Shown: positions 1 through 6,891, numbered from the stretch's first letter. The stretch: DNA of 32,957 nucleotides from a virus (IMGVR_UViG_3300017913_001570:1-32957); one strand, 5' to 3'. The notes: generated by a model not told the origin, from the sequence alone. Numbers and translations are program-made.

Positions 1-33
1 AACAAAGATACATATGTGATTGAAAATGTCTAG
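1..33 (+). CDS. 3' end of an upstream gene (partial, ...NKDTYVIENV*)
   Basis: Frame 1 is open from the window edge to TAG at 31-33 and overlaps the next ATG at 26. Confidence 0.35.
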   Translation, partial: NKDTYVIENV

Positions 34-697
34 AAAAATATTTCCAAAAGCATTCCTTATAGGATGTGACAAAGAAACCGAGTGGATGCTTGAGTGGTTC
101 CTAAAGAACTACAAATTCCACGGTAATGAAACAAAGTTAATGTTTGCCGACTTTGGTGTGAGTCCAAGGAAGGCAACTATGATCGACAACAATTCATTGT
201 TCCTCGGTCGTATGGAAATGGTAGCCAAGAATCCACAACACAGTAATTGGTTCCTGAAGCCAGAAGCAATGTGGTTTGCTCCTGTGGAAAAATGTATTTG
301 GTTGGACTTGGACATCGAGGTAAAAACAAACATAGATGATATGTTCGAGTACTTAGTGCCTGACAAACTGTGTATGGTTGAGGATAAACCTTGGACCAAA
401 CGCCGTGGTGAGGTTTGGCATAACTCTGGTGTAGTTGGGTTTATACATAAACCACGTATTCTGAAAGATTGGGCTTTAAAAACATCTGGTGGTAAACATG
501 GTCAAGTAGGAGACCAAGAGGTGTTACACTCTATGTTAAATCCAATCACAAAGATTACTTACGTGCATGATTTGCCAAACAAGTACAACGTTGTAAGGCT
601 ACAGGTAGAGCACGATGATTATAAAGGTCCTATCAGCTGTATGCACTGGACCGGTAAAAAAGGTAAGGAAAAGATTAGGGAGATGATGGATGCCTAG
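26..697 (+). CDS. GT-A fold glycosyltransferase (GT8-like)
   Basis: DxD motif WLDLDIEV, plus HNSGVV, GDQEVL, YNVVR and C-terminal MHWTGKKGK typical of GT8-like enzymes; ATG at 26 preferred over TTG at 20. Confidence 0.75.
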   Translation: MSRKIFPKAFLIGCDKETEWMLEWFLKNYKFHGNETKLMFADFGVSPRKATMIDNNSLFLGRMEMVAKNPQHSNWFLKPEAMWFAPVEKCIWLDLDIEVKTNIDDMFEYLVPDKLCMVEDKPWTKRRGEVWHNSGVVGFIHKPRILKDWALKTSGGKHGQVGDQEVLHSMLNPITKITYVHDLPNKYNVVRLQVEHDDYKGPISCMHWTGKKGKEKIREMMDA

Positions 698-1289
698 AGT
701 TGCTCATATTGTCGGAAACGGCGACATGGCTGACTTGTATAACAAGGAAACACGGAAGGGGTTAACACTTACCTGTAACCTACCTCCGTTTCCTGTTAAA
801 GCATATGCTACTGCTATTGTTGATTTTAAGTTTACCAATGCTATTGACAAAGGTGAAATAACCGTACCTGGGGAATGGATTATGGGTGTCAGACCTAAAG
901 CATACTGTGAGAGGTTCCCTGCTTTCCAGATGAGGGTTGCTTCTCAGATAAAAGAGTTCTATACAAAGAAACCAAAGTATGCAAAGAACTACACTGACTT
1001 TAACTGTGGACACTTTGCCACATATTGGGCTCTTGAAAAAGGAAAGGCTGATGTGGTGCACCTATATGGTTTTGATAGTGTTTTTGATTTTAATCTACGC
1101 TCATATTCGGACCTTATTCTAAATTCTGATCGTGGTAATATGAACAACAATAGACTAATCGAGAACTGGCGACCCATCTGGGAAGGCATGTTTGATGAGT
1201 TTAAGGATACCGAGTTTGTATTTCATCACAAGCACGATGCCATAAAAATGAATAAACCAGAAAATGTACGCATTGAAGTAAATAAATGA
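690..1289 (+). CDS. Putative sugar-nucleotide transferase (GT29 sialyltransferase-like / MAF_flag10-DUF115-like)
   Basis: N-terminal HIVGNG, then CN, IVD, NCGHFA and LYGFD motifs; overlaps the upstream GT gene. Confidence 0.5.
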   Translation: MPRVAHIVGNGDMADLYNKETRKGLTLTCNLPPFPVKAYATAIVDFKFTNAIDKGEITVPGEWIMGVRPKAYCERFPAFQMRVASQIKEFYTKKPKYAKNYTDFNCGHFATYWALEKGKADVVHLYGFDSVFDFNLRSYSDLILNSDRGNMNNNRLIENWRPIWEGMFDEFKDTEFVFHHKHDAIKMNKPENVRIEVNK

Positions 1290-1318
1290 TTTACATTTTA
1301 AATCAAATGTGATATAAT
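1290..1318 (+). promoter_or_regulatory. Early/sigma70-type promoter
   Basis: TTTACA (1290-1295), 17-nt spacer ending TGTGA, TATAAT (1313-1318). Confidence 0.8.
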
Positions 1319-1324
1319 AGTATT

Positions 1325-1744
1325 ATGATTGCAGTTGAACTAAATGGTGGGACTAACGAAGAGCGCGACCTTGCTTGTAAGGCCGTGTTCTTTGCTTTAA
1401 AGTTCCTGATGCCTAGAAAACAGAACCTAGAAATAGACCTAAACATAACAGACCTTGAAGGTGATGTTGATGGGTTCCAATGTTGTATAGATAAGGGTGA
1501 ACACGAAATAGAGATCCAACAGGGTCTTATCGAAGAGGACTTTATCACTGCAATCTTCCACGAGATGGTTCATGTTAGACAACACGAACGTGGTTTACTA
1601 AAGGACCACGGCATCCGTAAATCGTGGAAGGGTGAGGAATACCTAGGTATCTATGACACCGTTGATACCTACAAGAACCTACCTTGGGAGGAAGAGGCGT
1701 ATCGTCTACAAGAGGAGATGTACACAAAATGGATACAGATGTAA
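1325..1744 (+). CDS. Small zinc metallopeptidase-like protein (HExxH zincin)
   Basis: IFHEMVHVRQ motif and downstream PWEEEA third-ligand motif. Confidence 0.7.
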   Translation: MIAVELNGGTNEERDLACKAVFFALKFLMPRKQNLEIDLNITDLEGDVDGFQCCIDKGEHEIEIQQGLIEEDFITAIFHEMVHVRQHERGLLKDHGIRKSWKGEEYLGIYDTVDTYKNLPWEEEAYRLQEEMYTKWIQM

Positions 1745-1875
1745 ATATCTATAAAAGACAGATGCAAGAAGAAGTCAAAGAGAAATATATCTTGTATAAA
1801 AGAATTGATGAGTTAAATAAAGAAATACAGAAGCTCAAAGATCGGCTATATAAACTAGAAAATAAAAAAAAGTGA
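1729..1875 (+). CDS. Small coiled-coil hypothetical protein (48 aa)
   Basis: ATG at 1729 after GAGGAG; heptad-like Leu/Ile pattern. Confidence 0.6.
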   Translation: MDTDVNIYKRQMQEEVKEKYILYKRIDELNKEIQKLKDRLYKLENKKK

Positions 1876-1884
1876 AAAAAACAC

Positions 1885-1913
1885 TTTACATGCACAGAGT
1901 TTTATGATATAAT
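1885..1913 (+). promoter_or_regulatory. Early/sigma70-type promoter
   Basis: TTTACA (1885-1890), N17, TATAAT (1908-1913), upstream A-tracts. Confidence 0.8.
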
Positions 1914-1941
1914 AGTACTATAATAATTGAGGAGCTAAATT

Positions 1942-2256
1942 ATGGAACAGAAACTTTACGATCATATCATGGAACAACGTGCTGAAGCAGAAGCATTTAC
2001 TGCAGCTGCCCCTGGTAACTTTATGGGAATGCTTCCACATCCAGACGAATTTGTTTATTGGTCAAGCCGCGTGCCATCTGGCACAATGGCCGAGTTTGAA
2101 CGTGTTGAACTCGAAGAGTCTGCATATTACATGGCAGCGGATGCTATGAGTAAAACATATGCTCGTTCATTGGATTTCAGTAAACTGACCAATGATGAAC
2201 TAGTTAATTTTTGTGCCCAAATGGGATTGTTAATGAAAGCGGATGCTGCACAATGA
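1942..2256 (+). CDS. Hypothetical protein
   Basis: 104-aa ORF with strong SD GAGGAG, first gene after the promoter. Confidence 0.8.
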   Translation: MEQKLYDHIMEQRAEAEAFTAAAPGNFMGMLPHPDEFVYWSSRVPSGTMAEFERVELEESAYYMAADAMSKTYARSLDFSKLTNDELVNFCAQMGLLMKADAAQ

Positions 2257-2474
2257 CACCGTTTGGGTTTTTAGAGTTTGAGGTAGACGGTTGGCAATAC
2301 CGTATTGAGCATGATGATGATCCAGTGGATCGGACTCGTAAGCTCTGGCACTGTCTTGTTGATCCAGATGGTGCACATTACTACCGAGAAATTGACGAAG
2401 CAATGGGTCCATATAAAAAAGCTTCTATGCAAGAGGTGAAGGACATCATTGCACATATCAGTTTTCAGTCATAG
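2253..2474 (+). CDS. Hypothetical protein
   Basis: ATG at 2253 in ATGA overlap with the upstream stop. Confidence 0.7.
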   Translation: MTPFGFLEFEVDGWQYRIEHDDDPVDRTRKLWHCLVDPDGAHYYREIDEAMGPYKKASMQEVKDIIAHISFQS

Positions 2475-2512
2475 TCTTACATACGGTTGGACGATAGAAG
2501 ATTATGACTGGA
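2464..2512 (+). other. Long RNA stem-loop
   Basis: CAGTCATAGTCTT (2466-2478) pairs with AAGATTATGACTG (2498-2510), 13 bp with one G-U; no U-tract follows. Confidence 0.6.
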
Positions 2513-2514
2513 CC

Positions 2515-2572
2515 GGTTTTCCTGCGAGGTAGAGCAACTTAGCTCCTCTCTCATGCTCCCTCGTGGGAAACC
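2515..2572 (+). ncRNA. Candidate sRNA hairpin with anti-Shine-Dalgarno loop
   Basis: Stems 2518-2529/2559-2570 and 2532-2536/2554-2558 close the 17-nt loop ACTTAGCTCCTCTCTCA. Confidence 0.45.
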
Positions 2573-2573
2573 T

Positions 2574-2581
2574 TATAAATA
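2574..2581 (+). promoter_or_regulatory. T4-type late promoter
   Basis: Exact TATAAATA, intergenic; followed by GGAT as at 12366 and 20548. Confidence 0.75.
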
Positions 2582-2585
2582 GGAT

Positions 2586-2740
2586 AGTCTTGGACACGCA
2601 GACTTTAAAGTGAGGTGGGATTAGGTGGAAGCCCTATATAACAAAAGGAGAATGCACCCAGTACCATTAAGTATACGCTGGCTCTGCTCAATTTAAGGGT
2701 GATGCCTCAATACATCCGCGGTGGCCAACGGTTAGCCACC
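2586..2740 (+). ncRNA. Candidate structured ncRNA or long structured 5' leader
   Basis: Starts at the expected late TSS; several short helices, a GGAA tetraloop, a possible pseudoknot and terminal hairpin GGTGGC/GCCACC; no credible ORF. Confidence 0.45.
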
Positions 2741-2760
2741 AACAACCCTTGGAGAAACTA

Positions 2761-2976
2761 ATGATTGAAGGCATTTTATTTTTAGGTCTAGTTGCTTGGA
2801 CCAACGCAGATTTTTTCAACACAAAAGTTGAACACGAGGCAAACGGGTACACATATTGGGAAAAGCTAGAGCCGTGTAGAGCTCCAAGTACTGAACCAGG
2901 TGTATACTCAATGCCAATTGAAACACCAATCGGGAACAAGTATGTATGCTACAAACAGGTGAAACGCCCAGACTAA
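2761..2976 (+). CDS. Small exported or membrane-anchored hypothetical protein
   Basis: ATG at 2761 after GGAG; hydrophobic N-terminus (ILFLGLVAW); two Cys. Confidence 0.65.
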   Translation: MIEGILFLGLVAWTNADFFNTKVEHEANGYTYWEKLEPCRAPSTEPGVYSMPIETPIGNKYVCYKQVKRPD

Positions 2977-3113
2977 ACCTAGGAGATTATCTTCTTTGTA
3001 TTGGGACAGCGTGGTTAATTACACAGTCTATATTCCTTGGAAGTATATTCTGGTTTGTAATTGGCTATATGTTCTTTATCAACTATGCTGTATGGAGACG
3101 TGAAAGTGTCTGA
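2946..3113 (+). CDS. Small hydrophobic membrane protein (55 aa, below ORF-track cutoff)
   Basis: MLQTGETPRLNLGDYLLCIGTAWLITQSIFLGSIFWFVIGYMFFINYAVWRRESV*; fills the gap and overlaps both neighbours. Confidence 0.55.
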   Translation: MLQTGETPRLNLGDYLLCIGTAWLITQSIFLGSIFWFVIGYMFFINYAVWRRESV

Positions 3114-3369
3114 CGATGATTTTGATTTCGGCTTTACAGCCGTAGACGAGCACGAACTTGAAGTCGTAAAAAAGAAGCAGGATGTCATTGACCAACTAGA
3201 TGTTGGACAGAATGTCACTCAAGATAAACTTGATAAACTCTATAATGCCATCACACCTCTACTCAACAACCTAAAAGCAAACCCAGAGAAGGAATATATT
3301 CTCTGGCCTAATCGGGTTGCAAAGGTAGATCAGTTTGAAGAAAAACTGAGAAAAATTTACAATTCATAG
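3106..3369 (+). CDS. Hypothetical protein (DFGFTAVDE type)
   Basis: GTG start 8 nt after GGAG; DFDFGFTAVDEHEL and YILWPNR motifs, which I recall from T4-like phage hypotheticals. Confidence 0.7.
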   Translation: MSDDDFDFGFTAVDEHELEVVKKKQDVIDQLDVGQNVTQDKLDKLYNAITPLLNNLKANPEKEYILWPNRVAKVDQFEEKLRKIYNS

Positions 3370-3379
3370 CATTTTTTTG

Positions 3380-3408
3380 TTTACATCTTTAGTTTTTTGT
3401 GATATAAT
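3380..3408 (+). promoter_or_regulatory. Early/sigma70-type promoter
   Basis: GTTTACA, N17 ending TGTGA, TATAAT (3403-3408). Confidence 0.8.
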
Positions 3409-3437
3409 ATTTACATAATGAAAAGAGGAGTGACATT

Positions 3438-3683
3438 ATGCAGACTAAAGCAGAACGTATGGCTATGATTCGTGAAGCCTCAAAAAAGTTTACTAAAAAA
3501 CTTGAGCGTAACCAACGTGTCCGTAAGACCGAAACAGAGTCTTACTTGCCGTATGGATACCCTGCATCTAAGGGTTACGATGATGTTAATATCAATCATT
3601 GGACCGATGCTTCTAAGTATGCGGAGGAATATTATGGTGAGGCTATGCGCAACACTACTCGTTATGATAACGATTGGAACTGA
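3438..3683 (+). CDS. Hypothetical protein
   Basis: 81-aa ORF with SD GAGGAG after the promoter. Confidence 0.75.
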   Translation: MQTKAERMAMIREASKKFTKKLERNQRVRKTETESYLPYGYPASKGYDDVNINHWTDASKYAEEYYGEAMRNTTRYDNDWN

Positions 3684-3948
3684 GGCTAGTGGATATGCCG
3701 CAGAGCTTGGACAAGAGTGCAAGTATACAAGAACAATAGAGGTTGACAGACATGGTAATACCGTTGGTAACCAGACGTACCATTGCAAAACTGCTCCACG
3801 TGAAATCATTACCAAAACAGAATACAAAGAAGTTGGTACATGTGGCAAGAAGCTTCTATTCGGTTGGGACTGTGATGAATTCCAACCAGAAGGTGACGAC
3901 CTGTCGGCCGTCTTAACTACAATCTATAGTATGGGATTTTTACAATGA
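3634..3948 (+). CDS. Secreted hypothetical protein with signal peptide
   Basis: ATG at 3634 after GGAGG; MVRLCATLLVMITIGTEASGYAA signal-like N-terminus; four further Cys. Confidence 0.65.
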   Translation: MVRLCATLLVMITIGTEASGYAAELGQECKYTRTIEVDRHGNTVGNQTYHCKTAPREIITKTEYKEVGTCGKKLLFGWDCDEFQPEGDDLSAVLTTIYSMGFLQ

Positions 3949-4634
3949 AAAAATTAATTGGTGTCGGTGTGTTATTGACTTTGGCCGCTTGTGCAGATAA
4001 GGTTCCGCCTGATGCGGCTATGTCTGCAGAAGAGTTCAAATATAAAAAGGCTCAAATTGAAGATCAGATTCAGCATATGCCTGACTGGTTTACAGCTATT
4101 CCAGACGAAGAAGATGCTGTGTTTGCGGTTGGTACTGCTATTACACCTGACATGCAGTTGTCTGTTGATATTGCTACATTGTCTGCAAAGACCACATTGG
4201 CTGACCGTATTGATTCCAAGTTGCGGTCACAGATGAAAACATTCAAGGCCAAACTTGGTGCCGATGATTTTGCAAATGAACTTTCACATGAGTTCGAGCA
4301 AGCAACAATTAACATCATTGCCGATGCAGATGTTGCTGGTTATCGTGTAAAAGAAGCTTCTATGGTACCGAACGGTACACAATATCGTGCATATGTTCTG
4401 CTTGAATATACCGACAGCGAAGCATCAAAGATCATGAAGAACCGTTTTGCTCGTGACAAGATGCTTATGTCCAAACTACAGGCCGAGAGTGCATGGTCAG
4501 AACTCAATACTCGAGTTGATAAGATGAACGACGATGAACTAAAAGAAATGAGTATCATTGTTGATGCAATCTCTGATCTACCTGTGCATACTCCTGCTCC
4601 TATTCCTGAAGCACAAATCACTTTACAAAACTAA
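3945..4634 (+). CDS. Lipoprotein (LPP20-like)
   Basis: MKK-hydrophobic-LAAC lipobox; PDWF...FAVGTA and YRAYVLL motifs. Confidence 0.75.
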   Translation: MKKLIGVGVLLTLAACADKVPPDAAMSAEEFKYKKAQIEDQIQHMPDWFTAIPDEEDAVFAVGTAITPDMQLSVDIATLSAKTTLADRIDSKLRSQMKTFKAKLGADDFANELSHEFEQATINIIADADVAGYRVKEASMVPNGTQYRAYVLLEYTDSEASKIMKNRFARDKMLMSKLQAESAWSELNTRVDKMNDDELKEMSIIVDAISDLPVHTPAPIPEAQITLQN

Positions 4635-4650
4635 TAAGGTGTGATATAAT
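4622..4650 (+). promoter_or_regulatory. Early/sigma70-type promoter
   Basis: TTTACA (4622-4627), N17 ending TGTGA, TATAAT (4645-4650). Confidence 0.7.
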
Positions 4651-4821
4651 ATGACTAGGATATTTACAATTCTGATTGTTGCCGGTATTGCCTATTGTAT
4701 AGGCGCTGGTTACACGATAAAGCAGTCTATCACTGCTATCAACAAAACTCTTGATGTCACTATCGAGACTTTGGATAAATCAAATCAGATGTTAAAGGAG
4801 ATGACCGAAGATGATGCCTGA
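4651..4821 (+). CDS. Small single-TM protein (56 aa, below ORF-track cutoff)
   Basis: MTRIFTILIVAGIAYCIGAGYTIKQSITAINKTLDVTIETLDKSNQMLKEMTEDDA*; SD-like AAGGTG upstream. Confidence 0.6.
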   Translation: MTRIFTILIVAGIAYCIGAGYTIKQSITAINKTLDVTIETLDKSNQMLKEMTEDDA

Positions 4822-5005
4822 TATGACTAGTGATCGGATTACGGCCTATCGTGTATTCAAAGGTGAGATTGAAAAGATTATGTTTATGAAAAAATCACCA
4901 CCCGATAATACTAATCCGAATCATATCAGCGGGATTGAGGCCCTCGTTATAGAATATATGCGTAAGCGGATGGCCGACATGATTAGGAAAGGACACAACG
5001 AATGA
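4811..5005 (+). CDS. Hypothetical protein
   Basis: 64-aa ORF, AAGGAG upstream, overlaps both neighbours. Confidence 0.6.
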   Translation: MMPDMTSDRITAYRVFKGEIEKIMFMKKSPPDNTNPNHISGIEALVIEYMRKRMADMIRKGHNE

Positions 5006-5340
5006 CAATGCATATGATTCGTGCCCGTGTGGTACACAAGTCTAAGAAGCATAACCGCAAGCCTGGATGGGAAAAAGCCGAGGCAGAACATCAGGCCTTC
5101 TTGGACAAGATGGGAATCAAGCAAGGTGTCAAGTCCGATTATCGGTATGAAATGCCAAGCTATAAAACCGAGAATAAAATCCCTACCTCGGACTATGTCG
5201 GTAACGGTTTTAAGAAAGCCGCAAAACAATACACTGGTGATGAACTTGCCGGGATTGGTACACTACATAAAAGCAACATGGTTCCAATTCGTAAAGACTC
5301 TAATGATGCAAAAGAAATAGCTCGTATGAGGAGAGGATAA
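5002..5340 (+). CDS. Conserved basic hypothetical protein of T4-like phages
   Basis: C-terminal YTG...GIGTLHKSNMVP motif; ATGA overlap. Confidence 0.7.
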   Translation: MTMHMIRARVVHKSKKHNRKPGWEKAEAEHQAFLDKMGIKQGVKSDYRYEMPSYKTENKIPTSDYVGNGFKKAAKQYTGDELAGIGTLHKSNMVPIRKDSNDAKEIARMRRG

Positions 5341-5366
5341 TTATTGTCTCAGTACGATAAAAACAC

Positions 5367-5395
5367 TTTACAATTACTTAAAAATGTGATATAAT
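5367..5395 (+). promoter_or_regulatory. Early/sigma70-type promoter
   Basis: TTTACA (5367-5372), N17 ending TGTGA, TATAAT (5390-5395). Confidence 0.8.
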
Positions 5396-5429
5396 ATATT
5401 ATGATTCATTTTTGAGAGGAGTAAATCAT

Positions 5430-6560
5430 ATGGCATTACCTAAGAAAACACGTAAGAGAAAAGCATTACCACGTCGTGTCCGTTCAGGCGCTGGTGCTAT
5501 TCCAGTTGACAAAGGTTACGAGTCTGCCAAACAATATATCCATCTGGAAATCCAGAACAAAGACTTGGTGGATATGTTCAAGGCTTATGTCCGTAACAAC
5601 TATTCCAAAGATGAGCTTAAGGCTGTATCTGCTAACCCAGAATACAAGATGTGGAATCATACACACTATGTAACTATTGCGTGGTGGTTAACTATGGAAC
5701 ATCCACGTTGTGAAAAAGTAGAGTATTGGGAACCTAAACTCAAGAACTACATTGCAGACCTAATTAACTCTGGTCTTGCTATTCTGGCTGAGAAAAAAGC
5801 AGAAGTCAAAGAAGATGTCAAGGTTGTATCTTTGTCTCCAATGCAGAGACTACAGAACAAGATTGGCAAAACAATCATGCAAGACCTACTGGATCTAGAA
5901 GACCAGTGGATTGAAGGTGAAAAGACTACACTGGATGTCTACGGTCAGTTCCAAAAGCATGGCCTTCCAGGATCTGCCACGGCTCAAGTCCGTCAGTTAC
6001 TAGAAGGTTGGTTACTTGATTATGAAGATGCTTACCACAAGCGTTGTGAACAGGCTGTTGAGGGTTATTCACACCTTAAACGTCCAGAAATTAATCGCCG
6101 TATTAAAGCTATTCAAGATATGTTATCCGACTTGGATAAAATCAAGAATGCCGCTAAGGCAAAGAAAGCAGTTCGTATGCCTAAGACTAAGTCTGCAGAC
6201 AAACAAGTTGCTCGTGTTCAGTATAAAAAAGAGGACAACGACTACAAGTTGGTCTCTATCCCACCAATACAAATTATTGGTAAACATAGACTGTACACAT
6301 TTGATACCAAGGCTCGTGTTATCAAAGAATTTGTAACCGGCGCCGTAAATGGTTTCCAGATTAGTGGTTCAACACTTAAAGACTTTGATCAAGTCAACAG
6401 CCGTTGTACACGACTACGGAAACCAAATGAGTTTCTGCCTATTGTCCAGGGTAAAACACCTAAACAGATTGACAAAGAGTGGCAAAAACTTACCACAAAG
6501 ACCACGGTTCCAAACGGCCGTATTAACAAAGACACAATCATATTAAGGGTGATGGACTAA
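5430..6560 (+). CDS. Conserved basic hypothetical protein upstream of gp33
   Basis: ATG at 5430 after GAGAGGAG; C-terminal LRKP...NGRINKDTIIL; function not recognised. Confidence 0.8.
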   Translation: MALPKKTRKRKALPRRVRSGAGAIPVDKGYESAKQYIHLEIQNKDLVDMFKAYVRNNYSKDELKAVSANPEYKMWNHTHYVTIAWWLTMEHPRCEKVEYWEPKLKNYIADLINSGLAILAEKKAEVKEDVKVVSLSPMQRLQNKIGKTIMQDLLDLEDQWIEGEKTTLDVYGQFQKHGLPGSATAQVRQLLEGWLLDYEDAYHKRCEQAVEGYSHLKRPEINRRIKAIQDMLSDLDKIKNAAKAKKAVRMPKTKSADKQVARVQYKKEDNDYKLVSIPPIQIIGKHRLYTFDTKARVIKEFVTGAVNGFQISGSTLKDFDQVNSRCTRLRKPNEFLPIVQGKTPKQIDKEWQKLTTKTTVPNGRINKDTIILRVMD

Positions 6561-6808
6561 TGGCTGAAACCGTAGAGGAACAGTTCCTCACAAAGACAAA
6601 GTTTTCCAAGTTGATAGAAGCAACAGTGATAGATAAGTCTATAGGATACATGGAGGCCATTCTTTTGGTATGTGATAAACATAACATTGAACCCGAGGAT
6701 GTCCGCAAGTTTGTATCTCCTATCATCAAGGATAAACTTGAAGCAGAGGCCATGGGATTAAACCTATTGCCTAGAACAAATGCAATTGATTCTGCTCTTT
6801 TTGAGTAA
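6560..6808 (+). CDS. gp33: Late transcription co-activator, T4 gp33-like
   Basis: FSKLIE...YMEAIL..C....IEPE......S..IKDKLEAEAMGLNLL pattern; next to gp32. Confidence 0.85.
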   Translation: MAETVEEQFLTKTKFSKLIEATVIDKSIGYMEAILLVCDKHNIEPEDVRKFVSPIIKDKLEAEAMGLNLLPRTNAIDSALFE

Positions 6809-6814
6809 ATCGTG

Positions 6815-6822
6815 TATAAATA
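6815..6822 (+). promoter_or_regulatory. T4-type late promoter upstream of gp32
   Basis: Exact TATAAATA in the intergenic region. Confidence 0.7.
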
Positions 6823-6824
6823 TC

Positions 6825-6853
6825 TGTACATTACAGTGTACACATGTTATAAT
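6825..6853 (+). promoter_or_regulatory. Early/sigma70-type promoter upstream of gp32
   Basis: TGTACA, N17 with TG, TATAAT (6848-6853). Confidence 0.6.
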
Positions 6854-6873
6854 ACTACAGTAAAATACTACAG
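6851..6873 (+). repeat. Direct repeat AATACTACAG x2 in the gp32 leader
   Basis: Copies at 6851-6860 and 6864-6873. Confidence 0.7.
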
Positions 6874-6891
6874 CAATATAAGGACAATACG

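Noticed and set aside
2646-2696. Mini-ORF MHPVPLSIRWLCSI* after AGGAG inside the structured RNA
   Set aside because: Only 1 nt between SD and ATG, too close for normal initiation; not tmRNA-tag-like
2720-2740. Intrinsic terminator
   Set aside because: Strong stem but no U-tract after it on the plus strand
2586-2745. tRNA, tmRNA, RNase P or hammerhead identity for the non-coding island
   Set aside because: No T-loop GTTCRA, cloverleaf, GAGGAAAGTCC or CTGANGA/GAAA core, despite the ...CCACCA end
3472-3633. N-terminal extension of the 158-aa ORF giving a long gene overlap
   Set aside because: ATG at 3634 has a GGAGG SD and starts a signal peptide, so it is the better start
3945-4821. Spanin pair (lipoprotein plus single-TM protein)
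   Set aside because: Order and sizes do not fit i-spanin/o-spanin, the promoters are early-type, and no endolysin or holin is adjacent
5341-5363. Terminator after the 5002-5340 gene (TTATTGT/ACGATAA)
   Set aside because: Weak AT-rich stem followed by an A-run, not a U-run
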